DNA from: Rhodospirillales bacterium
GTDB lineage: Bacteria; Pseudomonadota; Alphaproteobacteria; BOG-932; Roseiterribacteraceae
Assembly (NCBI GenBank): GCA_028291365.1
Contig: JAQGIE010000088.1
Coordinates: 3,000-66,999 of the forward strand
DNA length: 64,000 bases
Direction of reading: 5' to 3'
Notes under the pieces: model-generated
Seen by the model: the letters and a program-made list of their open reading frames with translations, nothing else
Told to the model about the DNA's origin: nothing
Databases searched by the model: none
Shown: piece by piece, positions 26,664 to 34,598 of the stretch
How the letters are laid out: the number at the start of each line of letters is the position of its first letter
How positions within the stretch are numbered: the stretch's first letter is position 1
Position numbers and translations under genes: made by a program

Positions 26664-27628
26664 AAGCCCCGCTGCTCATCGCTCTGTTCGCGCTGCTGCT
26701 GGCCGTGGTTCCGCTGTTCGGCGGCGACTACGTGCTCGCCTTCTGCGTCCAGCTCCTGGTCTTCGTCTCGCTCGCCTATTCCTGGAACCTGATCGGCGGC
26801 TATGCCGGCTACACGCATTTCGGCCAGGTCACGTTTTTCGGACTCGGCGCCTATGTCGGCGCGCTGCTGATGCAGTCGGGCGTGCACTGGCTGCTCGCCG
26901 CGGCGGCGGCGGCGCTGAGCGGCCTGCTCGTCGCCTTGCCGCTCGGCGGCGTGATGCTGCGGCTGCGCGGCCCATTCTTCGCCATCGGCATGTACGGCAT
27001 GGCGCGCGTGTTCGATTCGCTCGCGCTCGGCCTCGACGACATCACCCAGGGCGGCACCGGCCTCTATCTGACGCCGCTGGGCAATCTCTACGGCATCTAC
27101 GCCGCCCTCGCGGTCATCGCGGTCGTGATGCTGATCGCGACCTACCGTCTCGACAATTCGCGCTTCGGCCTGCAGCTGCTGGCGATCCGCGAAGACGAGC
27201 AGGCGGCCGAGGCGATGGGCATCCGCACGGCGCGGCTCAAGATCGCCGCCTTCGCCGCTTCGGCGATCGCGCCGGGCGCGGTCGGTTCGCTCTACGCCAC
27301 CTATCTCAGCTATATCGACCCGTCGACCGCGTTCGGCTCGATGACCGAACTCACCACCATCGCCATGGTGCTGCTGGGCGGGCTCGGTACCGTGTTCGGG
27401 CCGCTGATCGGCGCGGTGCTGATGTCGGTGGTGAACGAGTTTCTGTGGTCGCGCTTTCCCGAACTCTATCTCGGGCTGGTCGGCTGCATCATCCTGGCCG
27501 CAGTGCTGTTCATGCCGCGCGGCATCGCCAGCTTCGTGGTCAAGCGCGGCTGGCGCGGCCTGCCGGTGCCGCGCGAACATCTCCGGCGGATCGCGCTGCG
27601 CGCACGCGGAGCTGTGCCGCATGTCTGA
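26660..27628 (+). CDS. branched-chain-amino-acid-type ABC transporter permease (LivM-like)
   Basis: GTG start overlapping the LivH-like stop as GTGA, in frame with ORF 25862..27628. It has NLIGGYAGYTHFGQVTFFGLGAY and LLAIREDEQAAEAMGI. Confidence 0.85.
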   Translation: MKAPLLIALFALLLAVVPLFGGDYVLAFCVQLLVFVSLAYSWNLIGGYAGYTHFGQVTFFGLGAYVGALLMQSGVHWLLAAAAAALSGLLVALPLGGVMLRLRGPFFAIGMYGMARVFDSLALGLDDITQGGTGLYLTPLGNLYGIYAALAVIAVVMLIATYRLDNSRFGLQLLAIREDEQAAEAMGIRTARLKIAAFAASAIAPGAVGSLYATYLSYIDPSTAFGSMTELTTIAMVLLGGLGTVFGPLIGAVLMSVVNEFLWSRFPELYLGLVGCIILAAVLFMPRGIASFVVKRGWRGLPVPREHLRRIALRARGAVPHV

Positions 27629-28334
27629 CGCGGCCGACTCGATCCTCGTCGTCGACGGGGTGTGCAAACGCTATGGCGGGCGCGTCGCGCTCGACGGCGC
27701 CAGCCTCGACGTGCGAAGCGGCTCGATCACCGGCGTGATCGGACCCAACGGCTCGGGCAAGTCGACCTTGTTCAACATCGTCGCCGGGACGGTGCGGCCC
27801 GACAGCGGCCGCGTGCTGATCGGCGGCGCCGATGTCGGCGGCTCGACTCCGGCCCAGATCTGCCGCCGCGGCGTCGGCCGGACGTTCCAGATCAGCCGGC
27901 TGTTCGGCGAAATGACGGTGCTGGAAAATCTCGTCGCGGTGGCGCACGGCAGCAACGACGCGGCGGCGGTGCAGCGCGCGCTGGAGCTGCTGGATTTTCT
28001 CGAGATCGGCGAGCTCGCCGACAAATGGGGCTCGGAACTGTCGTACGGCCAGCGCAAGCTGGTCGAGATCGCGCGCGCGCTGATGCTGGAACCGACCTTG
28101 CTGCTGCTCGACGAGCCGTTCGCGGGCATCAATCCGCGCCTGCAGAATCGGATCGTCGATCATCTCTATGCGCTGCGGGACCGCGGCATGAGCCTGTTCT
28201 TCGTCGATCACGAGATGCGGATCGTGATGGAGATCTGCGAGCGCGTGTACGTGCTCGCCGAAGGGCGCGTGATCGCCGACGGCACCTGCGCCGCGATCCG
28301 TGCCGACCGGGCGGTGATCGATGCTTATTTCTGA
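27621..28334 (+). CDS. ABC transporter ATP-binding protein (LivG-like)
   Basis: Walker A GPNGSGKST, signature LSYGQRK, Walker B LLLLDEP. Confidence 0.9.
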   Translation: MSDAADSILVVDGVCKRYGGRVALDGASLDVRSGSITGVIGPNGSGKSTLFNIVAGTVRPDSGRVLIGGADVGGSTPAQICRRGVGRTFQISRLFGEMTVLENLVAVAHGSNDAAAVQRALELLDFLEIGELADKWGSELSYGQRKLVEIARALMLEPTLLLLDEPFAGINPRLQNRIVDHLYALRDRGMSLFFVDHEMRIVMEICERVYVLAEGRVIADGTCAAIRADRAVIDAYF

Positions 28335-29130
28335 CGAGCCGCGCATGCAGCCCGACATTCCCGCCGCCCCGTCCGCGCCGCCGGTGCTGGAGCTGCAGCA
28401 ATTGCGCACCGGCTACGGCGACGTGCCGGTGGTCCAGGGCGTCGACATGCGCTTCGCCGCCGGGCGCATGACCGCGATCATCGGTTCGAACGGGGCCGGC
28501 AAGTCGACCGTGATCAAGGCCGCGGCCGGGCTGCTCAAGGTCTGGTCGGGCCGCGTGCTGGCGGCGGGCGCCGACATCACGCGCGAACCCGGCCATCGCC
28601 GCCTGGCGCGCGGCATCGCCTATGTCCCGCAGGGCCGCATCGTGCTGCCCGAAATGACGGTGCGCGAGAATCTCGAGCTCGGCGGCTATCCGCTCGGCAG
28701 CGACCGGCGCCGCGTCAAGGCGGCGATCGAGCGGCTGGTGGTGCTGTTTCCGGTGCTGGGCGATCGGATGGCACAGCTTGCCGGCAATATGAGCGGCGGC
28801 GAGCAGCAGATGCTGGCGATCGCGCGGGCGCTGATGACCGATCCCGCCACTGTCATTCTCGACGAACCGTCCTTGGGCCTGTCGCCCAAATTCGTCGACA
28901 TCGTGTTCACCAAGCTGCAGGAGCTGAGTGCGGCCGGCCTGACCGTCATCGTGGTCGAGCAGAAGGCATCGAAGATCCTGGAGATCGCACAGCACGGCTA
29001 TGTCATGCACACGGGCCGTGTCCTGTTCGAAGGCAGCGGCGCCGATCTTCTCGCCGACGAGCAGGTGAAGCGCGTGTTTCTCGGCGAGATGCCGGACGCG
29101 CTCGCCGCGTCGGCCACCGCCGAGGGTTGA
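28321..29130 (+). CDS. ABC transporter ATP-binding protein (LivF-like)
   Basis: Walker A GSNGAGKST, signature MSGGEQQ, Walker B VILDEPS. An alternative start is possible at ATG 28345. Confidence 0.9.
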   Translation: MLISDEPRMQPDIPAAPSAPPVLELQQLRTGYGDVPVVQGVDMRFAAGRMTAIIGSNGAGKSTVIKAAAGLLKVWSGRVLAAGADITREPGHRRLARGIAYVPQGRIVLPEMTVRENLELGGYPLGSDRRRVKAAIERLVVLFPVLGDRMAQLAGNMSGGEQQMLAIARALMTDPATVILDEPSLGLSPKFVDIVFTKLQELSAAGLTVIVVEQKASKILEIAQHGYVMHTGRVLFEGSGADLLADEQVKRVFLGEMPDALAASATAEG

Positions 29131-29351
29131 GCGCGCCGACCGAGATGCTTCGCCACGCAGCCGCGTGGTTCCACCACCACCACCGCTTCGCCCGGGCGTC
29201 GGAAGCCGGCCAATCCGGCAACGCGTCGGGCTGGCGCTTGCGGGCCGGCTGAACTTATTTTCTGGCTTGGATGTCGAGAAGGCGTGGTGGGCTCCGACGA
29301 ACCCACGAAAGCGCCCGATCGTGGGCGCGAGAAAGCCAAGGAGCCGAGCCG

Positions 29352-29747
29352 ATGAAATACATGCTGATGATGAATCACGCGGGGAAAGCCGCCTACCCGA
29401 TCTTCAATTGGCCCCAGGAAGACATCAAAGCGCATATCGGCTTCATGATCGGTCTCAACAAGAAGCTGCGCGAAGCGGGCGAGCTGGTGTCGTGCGAAGG
29501 CCTGTCCGGGCCCGACCAGGCCAAGTCGGTGCGCGCCACGTCGAACGGCACGCCGGTCACCGACGGCGTCTTTCCCGAAGCCAAGGAATTCCTCGCCGGC
29601 TACTGGATCGTCGACGTCGAGTCGCCGGAACGCGCCTACCAGATTGCCGCCCAAGCCTCGGCCGCGCCGGGTGTCGGCGGCAAGCCGCTGAACATGGCGA
29701 TCGAAGTGCGCGAAGTGATGAGCGGCCCGCCACCCGAGTTTCTGTGA
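29352..29747 (+). CDS. YCII-related (DGPF) domain protein
   Basis: ATG after AAGGAG. It starts MKYMLMMNHAG and contains ...DGVFPEAKEFLAGYWIVDVESPERAYQIAAQ..., typical of YCII proteins that precede this class of sigma-factor gene. Confidence 0.8.
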   Translation: MKYMLMMNHAGKAAYPIFNWPQEDIKAHIGFMIGLNKKLREAGELVSCEGLSGPDQAKSVRATSNGTPVTDGVFPEAKEFLAGYWIVDVESPERAYQIAAQASAAPGVGGKPLNMAIEVREVMSGPPPEFL

Positions 29748-29758
29748 GTCGCACCTGT

Positions 29759-29894
29759 CGTCGTCCCTGCGCAAGCCGTCGTCCCTGCGCAAGCAGGGAC
29801 CCAGGAGCTTCCGCGTTGGAACTGCTGCAATTCCAAGCGCTACCACCCCGCATCAAGTGCGGGGCAGGCTCTGGATCCCTGCGTTCGCAGGGAT
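29759..29894. repeat. cluster of REP-like palindromic units
   Basis: Three elements are visible.
- Tandem 18-mer CGTCGTCCCTGCGCAAGC x2 (29759-29794), closing into the hairpin GTCCCTGC-gcaa-GCAGGGAC (29781-29800).
- Hairpin CCCCGCA-tcaag-TGCGGGG (29846-29864).
- Hairpin ATCCCTGC-gttc-GCAGGGAT (29875-29894). Confidence 0.65.
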
Positions 29895-29906
29895 GACGAG
29901 CAGGGC

Positions 29907-31169
29907 ATGACGGCGAGCGGCGGCGGCACCAGCATCGAGTCCCTGCTGCGCACCCTCGCGCCGCAGGTGCTCGGCGCCGTGGTCCGGCAGTTTCGCGGCG
30001 ACTTCGCGTCGGCGGAAGACGCGGTGCAGGAGGCGCTGGTGGCGGCGTCGCTGCAATGGCCGCAACAAGGCGTGCCGGATCATCCGCGCGGCTGGCTGAT
30101 CCAGGTCGCACGACGGCGCAGGACCGATCATGCGCGCAGCGAACAGGCGCGCACACGCCGCGAGGCCGAGATCGCGATCGAGTACGGCCAGGTCGTGCCG
30201 CCGCCCGATCTCGACGCCTTGCCCGGCGAGGACGACACGCTGCTGCTGCTGTTCATGTCGTGTCATCCGGCGCTGACGCCGGCATCGGCGATCGCGCTCA
30301 CCTTGCGCGCGGTCGGCGGCCTCACGACGGCTGCAATCGCCAACGCGTTTCTGGTGCCTGAAGCGACCATGGCGCAGCGCATCAGCCGCGCCAAACAGCG
30401 CATCAAAGCCTCCGGCGTGCCGTTCAGCCTGCCCGACCGCGACGAGCGTGCCGAGCGGCTGAGCGCGGTGCTGCACGTGCTCTACCTGATCTTCAACGAA
30501 GGCTACACGAGCAGCGCCGGCGAGGCGCTGCAGCGCGTCGACCTGGCGCAGGAAGCGATCCGCCTGACCCGCGCCGTGCATCGGCTGGTGCCCGACAACG
30601 CCGAAGTTGCGGGGCTGCTGGCGCTGATGCTGCTGACCGATGCGCGTCGCGACGCGCGCAGCGGTCCCGACGGCGAGGTGATTCCGCTGACCGAGCAGGA
30701 TCGCGCGCGGTGGGATGCCGCGCTGATCGAAGAAGGCGTCGCGCTGCTCGGTGCGGCCTTGGCAAAAGGCGAGGTCGGCCCGTACCAGCTGCAGGCCGCC
30801 GTCGCCGCTTTGCATGACGAAGCCGCGACCTACGACGACACTGACTGGCCGCAGATTCTGGCGCTGTACGGGCTGCTCGAACAGATGCAGCGCGGCAACC
30901 CGATGGTGTCGCTCAACCGCGCCATCGCGGTCGCGATGGTCGAAGGCCCGCAAGCGGGACTCGCGCTGGTCGATGCGCTCGACGTCGAGGGCAAGCTCGC
31001 CGGTCATTTCCGCCTCGACGCGGTGCGCGGCCATCTGTTCGAACTGTCGAACGATCCCGACGCCGCGATCGCCTGCTACGTCGCAGCGGCGGGGAAAACC
31101 GCCAACACCGCCGAACGCGATTACCTCGTCACGCGCGCGGCGCGGCTGCGCGAGCGCGGCGGCGGCTGA
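29907..31169 (+). CDS. ECF-like sigma-70 family RNA polymerase sigma factor with long C-terminal extension
   Basis: 420 aa. Region 2 is AEDAVQEALVAASLQWP...PRGWLIQVARRRRTD. Region 4 is AIANAFLVPEATMAQRISRAKQRI. A roughly 230-aa TPR-like tail follows, as is usual for the YCII-linked sigma class. Confidence 0.85.
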   Translation: MTASGGGTSIESLLRTLAPQVLGAVVRQFRGDFASAEDAVQEALVAASLQWPQQGVPDHPRGWLIQVARRRRTDHARSEQARTRREAEIAIEYGQVVPPPDLDALPGEDDTLLLLFMSCHPALTPASAIALTLRAVGGLTTAAIANAFLVPEATMAQRISRAKQRIKASGVPFSLPDRDERAERLSAVLHVLYLIFNEGYTSSAGEALQRVDLAQEAIRLTRAVHRLVPDNAEVAGLLALMLLTDARRDARSGPDGEVIPLTEQDRARWDAALIEEGVALLGAALAKGEVGPYQLQAAVAALHDEAATYDDTDWPQILALYGLLEQMQRGNPMVSLNRAIAVAMVEGPQAGLALVDALDVEGKLAGHFRLDAVRGHLFELSNDPDAAIACYVAAAGKTANTAERDYLVTRAARLRERGGG

Positions 31170-31260
31170 GCCGAATTCGCCGTGCCGCGCGCAGCGCAAT
31201 TGGCAGGCGATTGAAAATTCTGCCGCAACCGCGCGGGCATGGCGTTCGCAGGAGATTTCA

Positions 31261-31433
31261 TCACAGAAAACACAGAGAAAGAGAGAACACAGAGATATCG
31301 GTCGTGCGGCGCGATACGTCGCCCCTCGATTGATCCGCGCGCTTTGCGCGCGTCGACCAAAACCGAACTTGGGTCGGCGTGATCGGTCGTTGCAGTCCCT
31401 CGGTGTTCTCCGTGTTCTCTGCGTTCTCTGTGA
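31261..31433. repeat. MITE-like element with imperfect ~35-bp terminal inverted repeats built of CACAGAGAA-type units
   Basis: The left arm TCACAGAAAACACAGAGAAAGAGAGAACACAGAG (31261-31294) is the imperfect reverse complement of the right arm CTCGGTGTTCTCCGTGTTCTCTGCGTTCTCTGTGA (31399-31433). The core carries the hairpin CGCGCGC-ttt-GCGCGCG. The region is lower in GC and intergenic. Confidence 0.55.
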
Positions 31434-31498
31434 TAAGAATCTTCGATCGCTGACGCTCCCCCATTCGGGAAAAGCGCAGCGCTGCCGCCGGTACTGAT

Positions 31499-31993
31499 TC
31501 AGGCCCGCTTCAAGGTTCGCACGATCAGCGACGTGCGCAGCTGCGTGTTGGGGCAGAGCTTGGCCAGCCGTTCGGTGATCAGCGCGGTCAGGCCGGTGAC
31601 CTGGTCGGCGCGCACGCGCACCAGATAGTCGCTCTCGCCGGTGACGAGATGCGCCTCGAGCACTTCGGGCAGCTCCATCAGCACCGTTTCGAGCTGCCGG
31701 CACGCGTCCGCGCGGTTGAGCGGCAGGCCGATGCGCACGAAGGCGTCGATATGCGGTCCGAGCGCGGAGTCGTCGAGCTCGACGTAATAGCCGCGAATGA
31801 CGCCGCGGGATTCAAGCTCGCGCAGCCGCAACCGGCAGTGACGCCGCGACACGCCGACCCGCACCGCAAGCTTGCCCATCGGCAGCCGCGCATTGGCGGT
31901 CAGCGCTTCGACGATGCGGCGATCGGTGCGGTCGAGCGGCCCGCCAAGCGGGACCGTCCTGGGTACGAGGGCGACAGGGCAGGCTTGCGACAC
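31499..31993 (-). CDS. Lrp/AsnC-family transcriptional regulator
   Basis: 164 aa. HTH: LDRTDRRIVEALTANARLPMGKLAVRVGVSRRHCRLRLRELESRGVI. An RAM/ACT-like C-terminal domain follows. Confidence 0.9.
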   Translation of the reverse strand: MSQACPVALVPRTVPLGGPLDRTDRRIVEALTANARLPMGKLAVRVGVSRRHCRLRLRELESRGVIRGYYVELDDSALGPHIDAFVRIGLPLNRADACRQLETVLMELPEVLEAHLVTGESDYLVRVRADQVTGLTALITERLAKLCPNTQLRTSLIVRTLKRA

Positions 31994-32050
31994 GGATCAT
32001 CCCTCCACGCCGGTCCAGGAAACCGAGACAGCTTGCCTTAGCTGAAATTG

Positions 32051-32238
32051 TTTTCCAATCGGAAAAAACTCGGAAACGGCGTCGCGTCCCGCCCGGCCGC
32101 AAACCATGTAACAGTGAGTTCCAGGCCGCCCGGCCGCTGTTTCCGATTCCGGCATAGCGCCGCTCTTCCGGGCCGTTTTCGAAGCTTTAAGCGGCCTGGC
32201 TCGCGCCTGTTGCGAAATATATTCCAAATCAGAAAAAA
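32051..32238. promoter_or_regulatory. AT-rich repeated TTCC-AATC-GAAAA motifs, candidate Lrp-type operator/promoter region
   Basis: TTTTCCAATCGGAAAA (32051-32066, a palindrome), TTTCCGATTCCGG (32140-32152) and ATTCCAAATCAGAAAAAA (32221-32238). All lie in the 328-bp divergent gap between the Lrp gene and the TonB-dependent receptor gene. Confidence 0.3.
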
Positions 32239-32321
32239 TGTTTGCGCTTCGGAAAGACTGTGCCCAATCTGCCGATCGAGCCGGCGCAGACCGGACCGGG
32301 TGCCGAACTAGGGGTCAGGAC

Positions 32322-34502
32322 ATGAAACGTTCGTATTTGCTCGCCGGCTTGCTGGCTTCCGTTGCGCTGCCCGGTCTCGCCCAGGCCCAGCAGATCGAAG
32401 AAGTGCTGGTCACGGCGCAGAAGCGCACGGAATCGATTCAAGCCGTGCCGCAGGCGATCTCGGTGCTGACCGGCGATCAGCTCGACCGGCTCCAGGTCAA
32501 GGAACTCGCCGACCTCGCGGCCTACGTCCCCGGCATGTCGGTGCGCGGCGGCAGTGTCGGCAACCGCACCATCGTGCTGCGCGGCATCACCACCAACGCC
32601 CAGTCGAGCGCGGGCTCGCGCATCGTCGGCATCTATGTCGACGACGTCGCCTTCGGTTCGGGCACCAGCTACGCCGGCATCGCCAATATCGATCTCGATC
32701 TCAGCATGTTCGACCTCGAACGGGTCGAAGTGCTGAATGGTCCGCAGGGCACGCTGTACGGCGCCTCGGCGATGGGCGGCATTCTGAAATACGTCACCAA
32801 GCAGGCCAGCACGTCGGCCTTCGAGGCGCGCGCCGAAACCAGCATCGGCTTCATCAATGGCGGCGACACCGATCGCGGCTTCCGCGCCGTCGTCAACGCG
32901 CCGATCGTCGACGACAAGGTCGCGGTCCGCGTCCAGGCCTATCACCAGCATTTCGGCGGCTTCGTCAACGACGTCGCCCCGACGCGCACCGTGGCGGACG
33001 TCGACGGCGTCGACGCCTATGGCGGACGCGCCCAGCTCCTGCTCAAGCCGGCGGACAATCTCAGCATCAAGCTGACCGCGATGGGCCAGGACATGCGCCG
33101 CGAAGGCAGCAGCACGGTGCAGTGGAATCTGGCCACCAACGCGCCGCTCTACGGCGATCTGAAGCAGAACATCGCGTCGCCCGAACCGCTGGTGCAGCGC
33201 TTCCGGGTCTATTCGGGCACGGTCGATTACGATCTCGGCTTCGCGACCTTGACCGGCGTCTTCGCGCACCAGGACAGCAAGGCCGACCAGATCCTGGATG
33301 CGACCAGCACATACGCCGCGCTGTTCCGCACCGCGCTGAAGATCGACCTGGCGCGCTACGAGGCGCAGTTCCGCGCCAAGATTCCGAAGAACACGGCCGA
33401 GGTGCGTCTCGCTTCGCCCAGCGGCGGACGCTTCGAATGGCTGGTCGGCGGCTATTACGACAACGAGAAGGTCAGCCAGTCGCAGCAGATCGTCGGCTTC
33501 ACCGCCGCCGGCGCCGCGTCGCCGATCAATTTCGCCACCGTCGGCCTGCCGGACCGGTATCGCGAACTGGCGGCTTTCGCCAACGGCACGTTCCATATCA
33601 CCGATGCCTGGGACCTCACCGGCGGCGTTCGCGGCGCGCGCGCCGACCAGAATTTCACCCAGCTCGGCACCGGCCTGCTCATCGGCAGCCTGCCGTCGCG
33701 CGGCACGCGCTCCTACATCGCGAACTATGCCGCCTCGACCAAGTACAAGTTCGATGATGTCGGCATGGTCTATGCCCGCTTCTCGACCGGCTATCGTCCG
33801 GGCGGTCCGAACGCGGTCGCCAGCGACCCGGCGACCGGTGCACCGCTCGCGCAGGCGACCTACGCGCCGGACAAAACCAAGAACTACGAAATCGGCACCA
33901 AGCTCCAACCGTTGAAGTGGCTGGCCTTCGATCTCGTCGGCTATCACATCGACTGGCAGAACATTCAGCTGAACGCGCAGCGCAACGGCTTCGGCGTTCG
34001 CTCGAACGGCAAGGACGCCAAGAGCGAGGGCGCCGAGTTCTCGGCCCAGGCGCGCCCGATCACCGGCCTCACGCTCGCCGCGTCGGCCTCGTTCACCAAC
34101 GCCACGCTGGTCGATGCCGCACCCGACCTGCAGGGAAAGGCGGGCGACCCGCTGCCCGGCGTGCCGAAATGGGCCTTCGCGATGACCGGCGACTACGAGT
34201 TCCCGGTGTGGCAGGGCTGGAACGGCAATGTCGGCGCGACCTTGTCGCATGTCGGCCAGCGCAACAGCGGCTTCGCCGCGTCGACGACGTCGCCCAACTT
34301 CGTGCAGCCGTCCTACAACCAGCTCGATCTGCGCGGCGGCGTGTCGGACGAGCGCTATCAGCTGACGTTGTTCATCCGCAACCTGACCGACGAGCGCGGC
34401 ATGGCCGCTGCCGCCACGACGGTCGCCGGCGGCGTGTCGACCACCAACGTCACCTTCATCCGTCCGCGCACGGTCGGATTTACGCTCGACGTTCAGTTCT
34501 GA
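32322..34502 (+). CDS. TonB-dependent outer-membrane receptor
   Basis: Internal ATG of ORF 32238..34502. It has the signal peptide MKRSYLLAGLLASVALPGLAQA, a plug domain (EEVLVTAQKRTESIQAVPQAISVL...RVEVLNGPQGTLYGASAMGGILKY), a 22-strand barrel, and the terminal FTLDVQF. Confidence 0.9.
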   Translation: MKRSYLLAGLLASVALPGLAQAQQIEEVLVTAQKRTESIQAVPQAISVLTGDQLDRLQVKELADLAAYVPGMSVRGGSVGNRTIVLRGITTNAQSSAGSRIVGIYVDDVAFGSGTSYAGIANIDLDLSMFDLERVEVLNGPQGTLYGASAMGGILKYVTKQASTSAFEARAETSIGFINGGDTDRGFRAVVNAPIVDDKVAVRVQAYHQHFGGFVNDVAPTRTVADVDGVDAYGGRAQLLLKPADNLSIKLTAMGQDMRREGSSTVQWNLATNAPLYGDLKQNIASPEPLVQRFRVYSGTVDYDLGFATLTGVFAHQDSKADQILDATSTYAALFRTALKIDLARYEAQFRAKIPKNTAEVRLASPSGGRFEWLVGGYYDNEKVSQSQQIVGFTAAGAASPINFATVGLPDRYRELAAFANGTFHITDAWDLTGGVRGARADQNFTQLGTGLLIGSLPSRGTRSYIANYAASTKYKFDDVGMVYARFSTGYRPGGPNAVASDPATGAPLAQATYAPDKTKNYEIGTKLQPLKWLAFDLVGYHIDWQNIQLNAQRNGFGVRSNGKDAKSEGAEFSAQARPITGLTLAASASFTNATLVDAAPDLQGKAGDPLPGVPKWAFAMTGDYEFPVWQGWNGNVGATLSHVGQRNSGFAASTTSPNFVQPSYNQLDLRGGVSDERYQLTLFIRNLTDERGMAAAATTVAGGVSTTNVTFIRPRTVGFTLDVQF

Positions 34503-34598
34503 ACCGGGACGACGTGACGAGCGCACGCTTGCGCGGCGCTCGTCATCGTCTGGGCATGTGCCGCCTGACAATTCCTTCAACCCGGAACTGAACTTCTG

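Noticed and set aside
29251-29275. ECF-type promoter-like GAAC-N18-GTC upstream of the YCII gene
   Set aside because: The match rests on two very short cores with slightly long spacing. Such matches occur by chance, and I cannot support it without a consensus for this sigma group.
29853-31703. 616-aa minus-strand ORF across the sigma-factor gene and the MITE-like element
   Set aside because: It is antisense to a sigma factor with clear regions 2 and 4. It also runs through repeat DNA, where it yields low-complexity peptides.
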